From Vicugna vicugna (lineage: Eukaryota), in contig MU058584.1 in NCBI GenBank assembly GCA_013265495.1, positions 4,098,508 through 4,162,507 of the forward strand: a DNA stretch of 64,000 nucleotides. The letters run 5' to 3'. Of the stretch, positions 1 through 10,824 are shown piece after piece. The position numbers and the translations under genes are program-made. The notes beneath the pieces are model-generated. The model worked only from the letters and a program-made list of their open reading frames with translations, was not told where the DNA came from and made no database searches. The stretch's first letter is position 1; every line of letters starts with the position of its first letter.

Positions 1-305
1 CCTCTGACCACATTGGAAGGGCTGGGGTCTGTCTTCTGTGTTCCAGGGTTTGCAGAGGCACATGCTCAGCAGCTTTGGCTCTTGCCAGCTTGTGAACATG
101 CCATGGAACAAACTGGCATTTCAGATTTCCCAAAACAGTAGACAGAAGCCCACCACCACGGTAATCCACCCTACAACAGCCACGGTCACCGCAGGGGTTT
201 AGCACAAGGACTAGGAGGTGGGGGTGCCGCTGGGCCGCCTGTGGACTCCACAGAGTGGGGGGAGTTGAAGACACTGGCGCAGGATTGGCTGCTCTGCTGG
301 GTGCT

Positions 306-404
306 TTAACCTCTGGGGCGGTGGCAGTGAGTACATGCCGCCGAGGCGCCCTTCTGAGCCTTTTCTCTCTTGTCCTTTACTGGAACTGCTTGGAAGTGGC
401 TGTC
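306..404 (-). CDS. CD247: CD3-eta-type alternative terminal exon (exon 9 homolog) of CD247; 32 codons then TAA
   Basis: Acceptor ...ttctcacgaacag|GAC at 405/404. Translates DSHFQAVPVKDKREKAQKGASAACTHCHRPRG*; DSHFQAV is the known start of the CD3-eta-specific tail. Phase 0 matches the exon 7 donor. Usage in this species is unproven. Confidence 0.7.
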   Translation of the reverse strand, partial: DSHFQAVPVKDKREKAQKGASAACTHCHRPRG

Positions 405-1932
405 CTGTTCGTGAGAAAACATACAGAACGATTATCAAGCTTTTCGTTTCTTCTTTTGTAGCTGGTTTCCTTTTTGCAGCACCACTGTGCAACTATGCAT
501 TGTATTTCACGACCTTTTGTGCTAGGTAGATGCCTGTGACTTTTTAACTTGGGGGGGTGGGGGGATTGCAAATGAAGGAACTTTTTACATGGATCTTTTT
601 AATCTCAGTTGATTGGGGGAGGGGGGATTTGGTTCTAGGGTCATACAAGCTCTATCCCAAAGCAAAATCCAAATGTTAATAATATTAGCCTGATGCAGAT
701 ACCAAAGATAATTTCTTTCCTGCAGAACCTTAGACTTGTGTAATAAGTACGACTACCCAGCACTTGCATTAGTCTAACCTCAGTAATTCCAAAGCTTAGA
801 TGTATATTTTGGTATATTTCTGGGATATTAAAAAAAAATGTCGTTTAACTTGTTTGTTTCAGTGTAATGCTCTTAAAAGTCATAGCATGAAAATAACTGA
901 ACTGTCCTATTCTTAGTAGTTTGAAATAATAGTATTTTTGTATGTTTTGGGTGTCTCAATGTATGTATTAACATAACAGTTTTCACTGCCTAGGTGTTCA
1001 TAATAAAAAAGAAAACAAAAAAGTTCCGAGTGTACATAATATTCAGTAATAAACTTCCACTGGGTTCAATTTGGATTGACTATTCGCTGATTACCGTTCC
1101 CATCTGGGATTTTGTTTTGTTCTAAAGAGACAGTGATCGTGTTTTCCTGAAGACGTTTTTCTTTCTCTGACTTTAAATATCTTAACTCCCCCACCTTTTT
1201 CTTTTCTTTCTTTCTTTCTTTCTTTTCTTTTTTATTTTTTTAAATATTGATTCAGGGGTGTTTTTCCACTGTTGTCAAGGGAGGGCACAAGGGGGAATTG
1301 ACCCCTTGGCCTCTCAAAACTTTTTGTGTTATGTACTTTAAAATGTGAGTTTGAGTTCTCTTTTGTGGAAACTTAAGATGTGGTGTAAATGATTCTTTCC
1401 AAAATTGTCCAGCAGCTTTAAAGAGGCAGTGACAATTTCTAAGTAGTTTATTGGGAGTCCTTACATTTCTCCTTAGATGACTTTGCAATCTGGGTGGCTA
1501 TTGTATAGCCTCACTGTCCCAGAGCACCTGGTTAGCCATTTCCCCTCTGATAGGAATCTTTTATAAGAAGCAGCTGATAACTTGGAGTGTGGGGCCTCGT
1601 TATCCGGGCCCCTGAGAAACACACGTTCTCTTGGTTTGGTTTTGAAGACGAAACACAAGCAACTTTTACACTTGGGGGAATGAGCTGGTACCTCCCGAGG
1701 CCTGAGGAGGTGGTGGGGAATATGAGCGGTGCTGTCTCTTTAAAAGTGCCCTTTCTATGATTCCCCTTCCTGGGGCCACCTGTGGGGGGCTGTCCGCTTG
1801 GGAGAGGTTGTGTAGGCGACAGTGAATCAGAATGAAATGGTAGATTTTTGTGTAGATGCATTTGTCTGCTGTAATTTTTTATATATATTAAACTTACTGT
1901 AACTGTACAGTTCATTTCTGTTGTAAAACATC

Positions 1933-1938
1933 ATTAAA
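1933..1938 (+). terminator. Poly(A) signal ATTAAA, probable distal POU2F1 site
   Basis: ATTAAA preceded by several TGTA motifs (1870-1925) and followed by a GT/T-rich tract (1950-1990). Additional AATAAA hexamers at 1002-1007 and 1048-1053. Confidence 0.65.
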
Positions 1939-2420
1939 CCATTTTCCAAGTGTTTTCACATTGTTTGAGTTTCTCTGAAGTTGTGTTGATATTCGGAATG
2001 CTTCACACAACACATTCCCACACAGACTACTCACCTCAGCCTGCCAATTTATTTTTTCCCGCAGGTGCTCTCAGGAGTCCCAGGGTCGCAGTAAGCCATT
2101 GGTTCTCCACCACCTCCGCCCCGGCTCCTGTACACTTCCCGCTGTGCTCCTTGGAGCCCTGTGACCATCACATTGCGCCTTCCCCAGGCCCTAGTGGCTT
2201 CCTGGGGCCCTGCATTGAGTGGCGGGGTGCCCTTCACACCTGATCAAACACTCGGGCCCCTGACTGATCCTGTGAGAGAACTCTTCAAAGCGCCCCCCTC
2301 ACTGTGCATTTCACTGCAGAACTGGTATTGAACTTGCCTTTTCCAAATGTATTGTTTAAACCCCCGTCTCCCTCTAGCATCTCCTGCCAGGTCCTGAACA
2401 CTCATTCTCTGAGGTCCTCT

Positions 2421-2869
2421 TGTTCCTGAACACAAGTTTGTGTGCCCGACTCACAGAGGCCCAAAAATACCGAAACGTCGGAGTTTGGAGCAGGGAAAGA
2501 TTTATTGCTGGGCTGAGCAAGGAGAATGAGTGGCTTGTGCCCAAAAAACGCCAAACTCCCCGCCGGGTTTCAGCTGAGAATTTTTAAAGGTCAGCAGAGG
2601 GAGGGGCTGCCCAGGGTATGTGATCAGCTGTGCACGGTTCTAACTGGTTGATGGTGATCAATCCTTAGGCACCAGAAGGTCTGGGGGCCATGTGCTCATG
2701 ATTACCAAGGAGTTAATTTCTTCTATTTGGTGGTGGGTTTTAGTGGCAGAAAAACTCAGTAAATATGCATGAGATACTACTATCTGGGTGCTTCAGGGAG
2801 GATCTACAGTAGAGGATATGGGGGAGGGGTCTGTTCCAGGAAGGCCCCACAGGGTCCTGGCCAATTATA
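2421..2869 (-). mobile_element. 3' LTR of the provirus
   Basis: Aligns end to end with 8032-8490; adjacent to the PPT; AATAAA on minus strand at 2501-2506. Confidence 0.9.
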
Positions 2870-5132
2870 ATTCCCCCCTTTCTTTGCTACACCTCAGTCT
2901 TGAGAACAGGTGTGGACAAGAAAGGGAATGCTACTTTGGAGAGAGAGGTTAATCAGAAACTTGGCAGAAAAACTGTTTCAATCTTCAATCCTGTTTCATC
3001 CCTCCCCAGATCTTTCAGGGAACAGAGTGACAACCATTCTGGTACTTTCCACCGAAATGGGGCAAAGTGCTACCTCAATTTGGGGAATGGACACCAAACT
3101 GGAAATATTCCCGAGTTCCAAGTCCTAGATCTGAGTCTTGTATCATTAAGAGCTCATTCCCTAAGGAATTCAGGAGCCCAAGACTAAAAATCAGTCTGGA
3201 CCTGGCACTTTGCGGGGAGACTTGTAACCAGATAGCCAGTTGTCTCCATTTATCTGAGTAGGTTTTAACCTTTGATATTTTAACATATATATAACAAGAG
3301 CTATTGGCCACCACACACGTCTCCTTTTTTTCTGCTAACATCTGATCTAAAGCAGTTTTAGTACCTAAAATTTAATTTAATAATTACAAGAGGAGACCTT
3401 GAGGTTACAAGGTTGCAGCTGCCATCTGCCAGCAGACACTGCTTTGAGGATGGCTGGTGGCATCCCAAGTGTGACAGCTCAGAAAACAAGCGTCCTCAAC
3501 AATACAGAAACGTGTCTGAAATCACATCCACAATGGCCACGTGGGTTTACCTTGGATGTCAACCCAGCTGCTCCACTTTGACTTTCAAATTCATTCCCCT
3601 CCTCAAAGCCAAAGCAGGTGTACAATGCATGTCCAAAAGGCCATAAAACAGGCTGCTTTGGTCAGTAAAGTTTAAGTCAAACCATGCATAAGCCAGAATG
3701 ACTTCCCCACAGCTCAGTAATGTGCAGATTCTCCCATCATTTCCCCTTTTGATTACAAGTCTTTTAATAGAAAGTATTGATGATCAAAATATCTTTCCCT
3801 CGATGCTGGGGTAGCAGCTCCTGCCCCCAGGTTTAGGCCATGTCCCTCGGTGCTGGGCCTCCTTTATATCTGCCTAGTTATCCGCATTGGGGGGAAACTA
3901 ATCAGATATGGTGAACAGGCTCGGAGGTGTGTTAATGGGGAAACACTTTACAGGCTGTACATTTTATCGTTTATACTCAATTGTTATGCAAGCTTTGTAC
4001 ATGCGCTTTTAGCAATAAACTTAAAGCAAGCATTATTATACTCTGTGACAACTCCATTAGAGAATTCTCTTTCTATCCTAAACACTGGGGGCAATATTGA
4101 TAGGGAGACAAACATTTGGTAAACAGTTCAATGAGAAAACAGATTAAAAGCCAGTGATACTTCAAACAACCAAAAAATTATAACCATATTCATCAGTTCA
4201 CTCAATCCTATGCAATCAATCCCTTTTACTAACAGTTTTCATTAGACTTCTTAAATATCTTACCCAGTTCAGTAGTATGATTTATAAGAAGCCTGTATTT
4301 GGCCAAAAAAAGAGTCCTTTTTACGAATTTTCTTGAAGATGAAGCAATTCTGCAAAGCATCCACTTAACTGTCTGAATGAGAAAAGACCCAAAAAGGCAA
4401 GGTAAAAAGATCTGATTCAGTGTTTTTAACAAAGAAGCTTAATCATTTTCCTGTAACACACAACATTCCAAGACAACAGCCAGAACCGTTAACTATTATA
4501 CCAGGACCTATCCAAACTTCAAAAACCCCACACAGTCTCTCAAATGTCCACATCAACAATATTTATCCATACCACATAATCTGAAAAGGCTTATCACTCA
4601 TTTGACAATGCTTCCTGTGCAATTCAACACACCAATCAATCCTCGTTCAGTGTTTTTCTCTGAGATGCCTCAGGGGGGCTCTGAAGCATTGCAAAGTCAA
4701 CCGAAGTCAAAAGAACTTTAAATAGAAACTGATAAGAAGTTTGTCAAAAATATCAAAAAGTTCCACACTATCTGTTATCAGAAGCATTCTAAGCAAGCAT
4801 TCTCCTAACAGAGAGGAACCAAATCTAGCCCTGCACCAGCCTACTTTGAATAACAATCTATTTACCTAAATTTAATCTAATCTCAGCTGACCATGCACAG
4901 AACTCCTTTCTAATTTTCCACAACTTTTTCTAATTTTCCACAACTTTCTATATCCATGTTAGTTTGTCCCTTATTTTTCCCCCTTTCAAAAACAACCAGC
5001 TTCAGGACCAAGTCACTTTCTCTTCCAACAAAATGCAGTTCTATTCCCTATACCTTCCTCCACCCAAAACACACACCTGACTTTGCCGCTGTACACTGAA
5101 ACAGTTCCCCCATTACTTCAAGTAGCTTCAAC

Positions 5133-5740
5133 TGTTAAGGCAGGCAGATAGTGAGACGTGAGCAGAGAAAGGGGGACTCAGGCCAAATGGCAGGAATTGG
5201 GCAAAAAGGAGGGACATGGGGCCAAATGATGGAAACCCTACAACATGAAAACAACAGGGGTCCCTGGGCCGAGAAAGAAAAGAACTTCTGGGCTGAATCT
5301 CCAGTGTCCACATGATACTTTTTTCTCATTATACCCTCATTACAATAAAATTAGCCTTGCAGATTAGAAGTACCCATCATGCACCGACACCATGACACTT
5401 CTAATCCAGACTAAATAAGGACAAAAATCCCTCCTCCCTTTGGGAAGGTGGGGTTGGGATGGAAATCAGGGAATAGGACCCCAAACCCTTCCCTCCCCAA
5501 TGAATATTCCGCCCATTTATTTTTACACTCTGTGTAACCAACTTGCCAAAGAAACTCAGGGCAGCTGCTCACCTGAGCCTGCCAGCTCTCCCCTTGAGAG
5601 TGTATTGTCCATCCCTTAATAAGTCCCCACCTTACTTTCTTAACCAATGCGTCTTCTCTCTGAATTACTTTCTTAACTTCTGCATCTTGTCTCTGACTTC
5701 TTTCTGCGATGGGGAAAGAACCTAGTCACCACCAACAAAA
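5133..5740 (+). mobile_element. Solo LTR nested in the provirus
   Basis: Starts TGTTAAG, flanked by CAAC on both sides (4-bp TSD), with an LTR-like layout and an AATAAG hexamer near the 3' end. Confidence 0.65.
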
Positions 5741-6247
5741 CAACTACACATCCAAATTTCCTGGTCCCCAGTTCCCCAAAATCCCAACCTCCAGGGAATG
5801 TTTCAGTATCTTATTATGTTTGGAAATGACCTAGCCATTCAACTATTCAATAAACTTTCATCACCTAACCCTGTTTGGCACAATTCCAAAATTCCAAGCC
5901 ACCAAACACCTGGAGAATCACCTCCAAGCAGACGCTTTAAAAACACAATCATTTCTAAAAAGTTCACTCAAAAGCTTCAATCTCATCTGCATCCAATTCA
6001 CCCACAAGAATTTCATCATATTAAATTAATTTTTTCTTTCTGCCAACAAACTGCAACAGAAACAATATGAATTTATTGACCTTTCAGTAAACCTAGGTAC
6101 AATAAAAGACAATGTCTTTGTTGATTATACCAATGAGTTCAAGCTAGCTTTAATATCAGATATCAATTTAATAGTAAATATTTCCCAGATCACATGAACC
6201 CAACATTCATTCTATCTAGCCTCCTTTATACTAACTTATACCTATAC

Positions 6248-6686
6248 TGTGAACCCTGAAGAAATTCAGGATGGAGACAGCCTGGGCTGCCTGCTGCCAA
6301 GCCCTCAGCCACTGCACCACCCCCAACAGTGCACCCAGAGGGCACTCGGGATGGGAAGCCCAGGATACTGACCCTAGATGGTAAGGTGAATATTAAAGCA
6401 ATGATTTCAATGAGCCCAGTCTCTTGCATCTTCCCATAAATAGAAGAGTGCTCAATTCTTTAACTTGAGCTATCAGGTTTTCTTTAATTAACAGTAATCT
6501 TTTGATGTTGTGATTAGCTGGTCTTTGTTGCGAAAACTCCTATATATCCTGGCTCCTCCTTTACCTCATCAGACCAATCCCTTAGAGATGAGAGACTGCC
6601 TCCCAGGTTTGAAGTCCTCAGAAAGTCCATGAAATACAGCATAATTCTCAATTTTAGGTTGTGTGGGTTTTTTCCCCCAGTCAACA
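6248..6686 (+). mobile_element. Second solo LTR nested in the provirus
   Basis: TGTGAA...GTCAACA termini, near-TSD ATAC/ATAT, TATA box (tatatat, 6541). Confidence 0.65.
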
Positions 6687-8031
6687 ATATCATTCACTCA
6701 TATTCACATGCCTCACTTTCAGCAAAACCAGGAGGAGAGAACAGGATTTGGACTCAGGTGCTGACACTCACAGACACACCCCCTCCACCAAGATAAGGGC
6801 TGAAGCAATTGCAAAAGGCCCATTTTGATATAATAGCAGAGCCATCAGGATTCATTGTTCTCCAAATCTCCGCGAGTACTGAGCCCACAGTGTTACAATA
6901 AAAAAATACCATTTTCTTTCATTTATGGGTATGTAGCTGAAGATCTCCCAGGTTTGCACAATATACCCTAGGAGAGTCCTATATATATATAAGAGAACGG
7001 AGCTCTGACATCCATATTTAATTACTCATGGCTGATGTTATCAAATATCAAGCCAAGAACAATTCAAAACGGTCCCTCAGGATCACAGGTCCCTGGTTCC
7101 CAAAAGGGGGATTCCCAGCCAATGCCTCATCAGTCTAGAAGGAGGGAACCCCAACCAGTGCCCATCAGAGATGAAGCTGAATGAATGACCAATGCTAGAA
7201 AGAGGAAATTCCAAACAATGCTCTGCCTCAAGCAAAGCCAATGCAATAGGGAAGGATATCCTGGTGTCATCACACTGGAGCCCCGTTACTCACCAAAGAT
7301 GTCACAAAGGGCCATGCAAGTACTGATACACACACACACCTGTATGTGTATCACACAACAAGCTTGGTCCCACAGACAAAACATCAGACATGTGTGGCCC
7401 CCAAATCCCACTTCTACTCCCAAATGGAGGCTTCCAGAGTAGCCTGGCTCCCAAAAGAGAATGGACCCAGAGTGGCTCCCAGTGAGCCCAGAACAGCTCA
7501 TTTCCTGGAAGGGAATGAGCCCAGGTGGAGCAGGTAGAATTTTCCCACCCTGCGCAAGCCGGAGTGGCTCATCCCGAAACGAGTCACACAAAAACACAAA
7601 CAACAAACAAGCTGCGGTCGCACAGACAGACAATCAGAGGAGGTGTAGTCTCAAAACCCCACTTCCACCCCCAGACGGAGGCCTCCAAACAGATTGGGCC
7701 CAGATCTCAAAAAAGAACGGACCCAGAGTGGCTCGCAATGAGCCTGGAGCTCATTCTCATAAAGGAATGCGCCCAGATGGAGTGGAGAGAATTCCCAGCC
7801 TGAGCAAGCTGCGGTGACTCACCCCCAGGCGACACTGAAAGTGGACCGCTGCTCCAGACTTGCTTGGTTCCAAACAGCCTCGGACGGGGACGGCCACCTG
7901 TTGCGGAGAGTCCCGCCCAGTTCCCTGGAGCCAAGTGAGCTCCGGCAGCTGCTGGGACCCAGGAAAGTGGCTGCCCCTGGGCAGGGGCGACCCGCCACGG
8001 GCATAGACTCCTAAGCTGGCTTTGCAAAAAT

Positions 8032-8490
8032 TGATACCAAATGCCAGTTCATGTGCCTGACACTCAGTGAGGCCAAACAACCCAAAACATTGGAGTTTGG
8101 AGCAAGGAAAGGTTATTGCTGGGCTGAGCAAGGAGAATGAGTGACACGTGCACCCCCCCCCCCAAAACCCTAAAATCCCCGGAAGGTTTCAGCCGAGCAT
8201 TTTTAAAGGCCAGCTGAGGGAGGGGCAGCCCAGGGTACGTGATCAGCTGTGCACAATTCCCTGATTGGTTGATGGTGATCAGTCCTTAGGCACCAGAAGG
8301 TCTGGGGGCTAAGTGCTCATGGTCATCAAGGAGTTAATGTCTTCCACTTGGTAGTGGTTTTTAGCGGCAGGAAAACTCAGGAAATATGCATGAGATACTG
8401 TTATCTGGGTCCTTCGGAGACAAACTGCAGCAGAGAATATGGGAGAGAGGTCTGTCCTGGGAAGGCCCTCTGGGGTCCTGCTCCGTTACA
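8032..8490 (-). mobile_element. 5' LTR of the provirus
   Basis: Aligns with 2421-2869; adjacent to the PBS. CCAAT (8264-8268) and TATA-like TTTAAAAA on minus strand; poly(A) hexamer reads AATAAC. Confidence 0.9.
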
Positions 8491-8940
8491 CTCTGAAGGA
8501 AGCTCACCCCAAACTTATCCTCTGGTTCTCCTGTCTGAGGGTACACAATGTAGCTCCCTCTAGCTTGTCATAGTCACCATTTAGTGTCTTCATGCAATTC
8601 GTTGATTTGAAATGACATGAAAAGGAAAATTTGCATCTTAAAGTGAATTTCCCACAGAGAGAAAACTTCAGCTTGCTGAAGAGCTCTGGGAGGCATCCTG
8701 TTTAACTAGTGTGTGTGAACTGACTCTGCGCGTTCTCCTTGAACTAGGAGGCTGAGAGAGAGCACGGGCTGGCTCTCAAGATGCGGTCACTGCCGTGTCA
8801 GGGGCCCCCAGTGGGAAGACGGATACTGGGCCTTTTCCTCCCCTAGTCCTATGTCAAAGAACGCCTCCCTCTTTCCCATTCCACCCTGTCTCGAATTTAT
8901 AGCTTGCTTTTAAGTGTGTAAAGTTACTTTCCTTTTTAAT

Positions 8941-9075
8941 CTTTTTGTTTGTTTGGGGGAGGGGTAATTAGGTTTTTTCATTTACTAATTTACTTTGATG
9001 GAGGTGGTGGGCATTGAACCCTGGACCACATGCGTACTAAGCATGCACCTCACCACTGAGCTACATCCTCTCCCC
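8941..9075 (-). mobile_element. tRNA-derived SINE (camelid Vic-1-like)
   Basis: Reverse complement reads gggagaggatgtagctcagtggtgagg...gggttcaatgccc (A and B boxes) followed by an A-rich tail. Confidence 0.85.
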
Positions 9076-9959
9076 TGTGAAGTAATTTCCTTAAAACAAT
9101 TTCAGGCTTTAACAGGAATCCTCTGTTCTGTAGAGACGACGGTGTGCTCACAAGCATGAGAATGACCTCAGAAAGCAAAATCCCTTTTAAAACGTTGTTC
9201 CTACCCCACTTCAGTGGTACCCACCAGGCCAAAGTGCCTATGAGGGCATGTGAAGGGTGTGAATTCTCTCTTACTGCTGCCTTTTCTCTCTCCAAAGACT
9301 AGGGCCACTCTCACCCTGATCCGGGGCTTCGTTCTGCCAGCACGTCCGCTCCCCATCACTGTCTCTGTGCTGGTCTGGCTCAGACTGCAGTGCGCCCTCC
9401 AGCCCGCATCCCCCAACCCCTGGGGCGAGCTCCTGCACCCATGGCTTACAGCCCGCCTTCCTCCTTGCCTCTTGAGTCAAAATATTGACAGAATTGGGTC
9501 AAGCTCTCTTATTTTCAGGCCAGCTATATAGGTCACACAGCCTGCACCTTGAAAGTCGGTCTCAGGTTGAGGCTTAACCCACTTCGACTGAGAGGGGAAG
9601 CCAACTTCAGTCTTTAAAAACCCCGGTGAATATAAGATAAAGAAGTAGCACCCCAAAGGAGGCGGTCACTTGTCTTAATGAACGTCAGTCCGTGGAAAGA
9701 CAGCTGAAACAACATAGTGGAATTTTCCACTCCTTTGCTCCATGACCAGGTGATATTAAAGGAGGGCTCACAGTCTTCGGCCACTCTGTCCCCCTCAGAG
9801 CTCTGTTTCTTCCATCAAGCCTTCCGCAGCTTCTCCGACCCCTGGCTGGGCCCTGTCTGCACCCCTTCAGCGGCAGCTACTCATCCCTGCCCGCCTCTGC
9901 TCCCACCTACCAGTCCCGTGTGTGTCATGACACTGCAGTGTGATGCTGAGTTCTTCTAG

Positions 9960-10095
9960 ATGAGGTGGATGAAATCCCATGACAGGATCCTAAGTCCCTA
10001 ACTCTGTGATGACACTTCTCCACCCTCCCTGGTAGCTTGCAAAGTCCTGGACACCGGACAGGTGCTAGACCAACATTGGTTGAATGAGTGGAATT
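9960..10095 (+). mobile_element. L2 3' end remnant
   Basis: Ends in a typical L2 terminus (cctggacac...ggtgct...ttggttgaatgagtg). Confidence 0.5.
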
Positions 10096-10824
10096 GAATT
10101 CCCCTGTGAGGCCAGTATGCGAATCCAATGCCTTCTCTTCATGGGCTGTCGTGTGCACACCTGGCAGAGATGCACATCGCTCCTGTTGAAATCCCAAATG
10201 CTCAGATGATTTTAACAGCTGAGGCCTTGGATTTCAAAGCCTTTACCCAATATTAACTGGTGGCTTGATGAGTTGGGGCGTTAAAAACAGCCCCCGCAGT
10301 CAGAGAAAATACTGCTGGGGACATGGCTACTTTTTGTGAGAGAACCTGACCTAAAAGATCTTGTTGTCCTCCATCCCTCCCCAAATCCTATGGACTGAGG
10401 CTTTGCGTGGTGGCACTGGTGTCTGTTCATAACTCTCAGACACCCTCTGCCTACGATGCTGCCTCTTCCTGACCTCCAAATGCTCAGCTGGCCTGTCTCG
10501 GGCTCATTTTCCTGCAAGCTGCAAGCTAGCTTGATGCTGGGAGCCCTGCCCTCCAGGGCTCCCTCCCCATCACCTTCTCCCGGCTCCGCATAAGGCCTGG
10601 CCCACCCTGACACGCTCCATCGCCCCAGGCACAGCACCCAGCTGCTAGATGCAGCAGCATTCTGGGCCAGGGGGTGCATCTTACTCATCTACAAGTTCCA
10701 AGGAACCATCTCCTTCTCCCAAAATTCAGCAGTTTCGTCCCCACTGCAGGGGCAGCAGGCTGATTTCCTGATGACTAAGTTAGCATTACAGGCTTGACAG
10801 CTGAAATGAACCTGGCGGCAAAGT

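Larger units (their letters stand above)
1..1955 (+). other. POU2F1: Distal 3'UTR of POU2F1 (Oct-1); no POU2F1 coding sequence in window
   Basis: U-rich, apparently TE-free UTR-like sequence ending in ATTAAA (1933-1938). Contains the CD3-eta exon 9 homolog on the opposite strand, which is known to overlap the long Oct-1 mRNA. POU2F1 is the convergent neighbour of CD247 in mammals. Identity rests on synteny. Confidence 0.8.
2421..8490 (-). mobile_element. Degenerate ERV1-class (gamma-like) provirus, non-coding internal region
   Basis: Two ~450 bp direct repeats (2421-2869, 8032-8490) with TG...CA-type ends and a 4-bp TSD CTCT on both flanks. Polypurine tract on minus strand at ~2870-2885. Degenerate tRNA-Arg(ACG)-like PBS on minus strand at ~8006-8030. 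No long gag/pol/env ORF. Confidence 0.9.

Noticed and set aside
255..461. 68 aa hydrophobic plus-strand ORF opposite the eta exon
   Set aside because: GTG start inside a 3'UTR; it is the codon-register mirror of the eta frame, with no independent support.
2870..8031. gag/pol/env coding capacity in the ERV
   Set aside because: No long ORF, and no retroviral motif recognised in the ORF track.
8629..8636. Octamer motif ATTTGCAT near POU2F1
   Set aside because: A single 8-mer is expected by chance in a window of this size.
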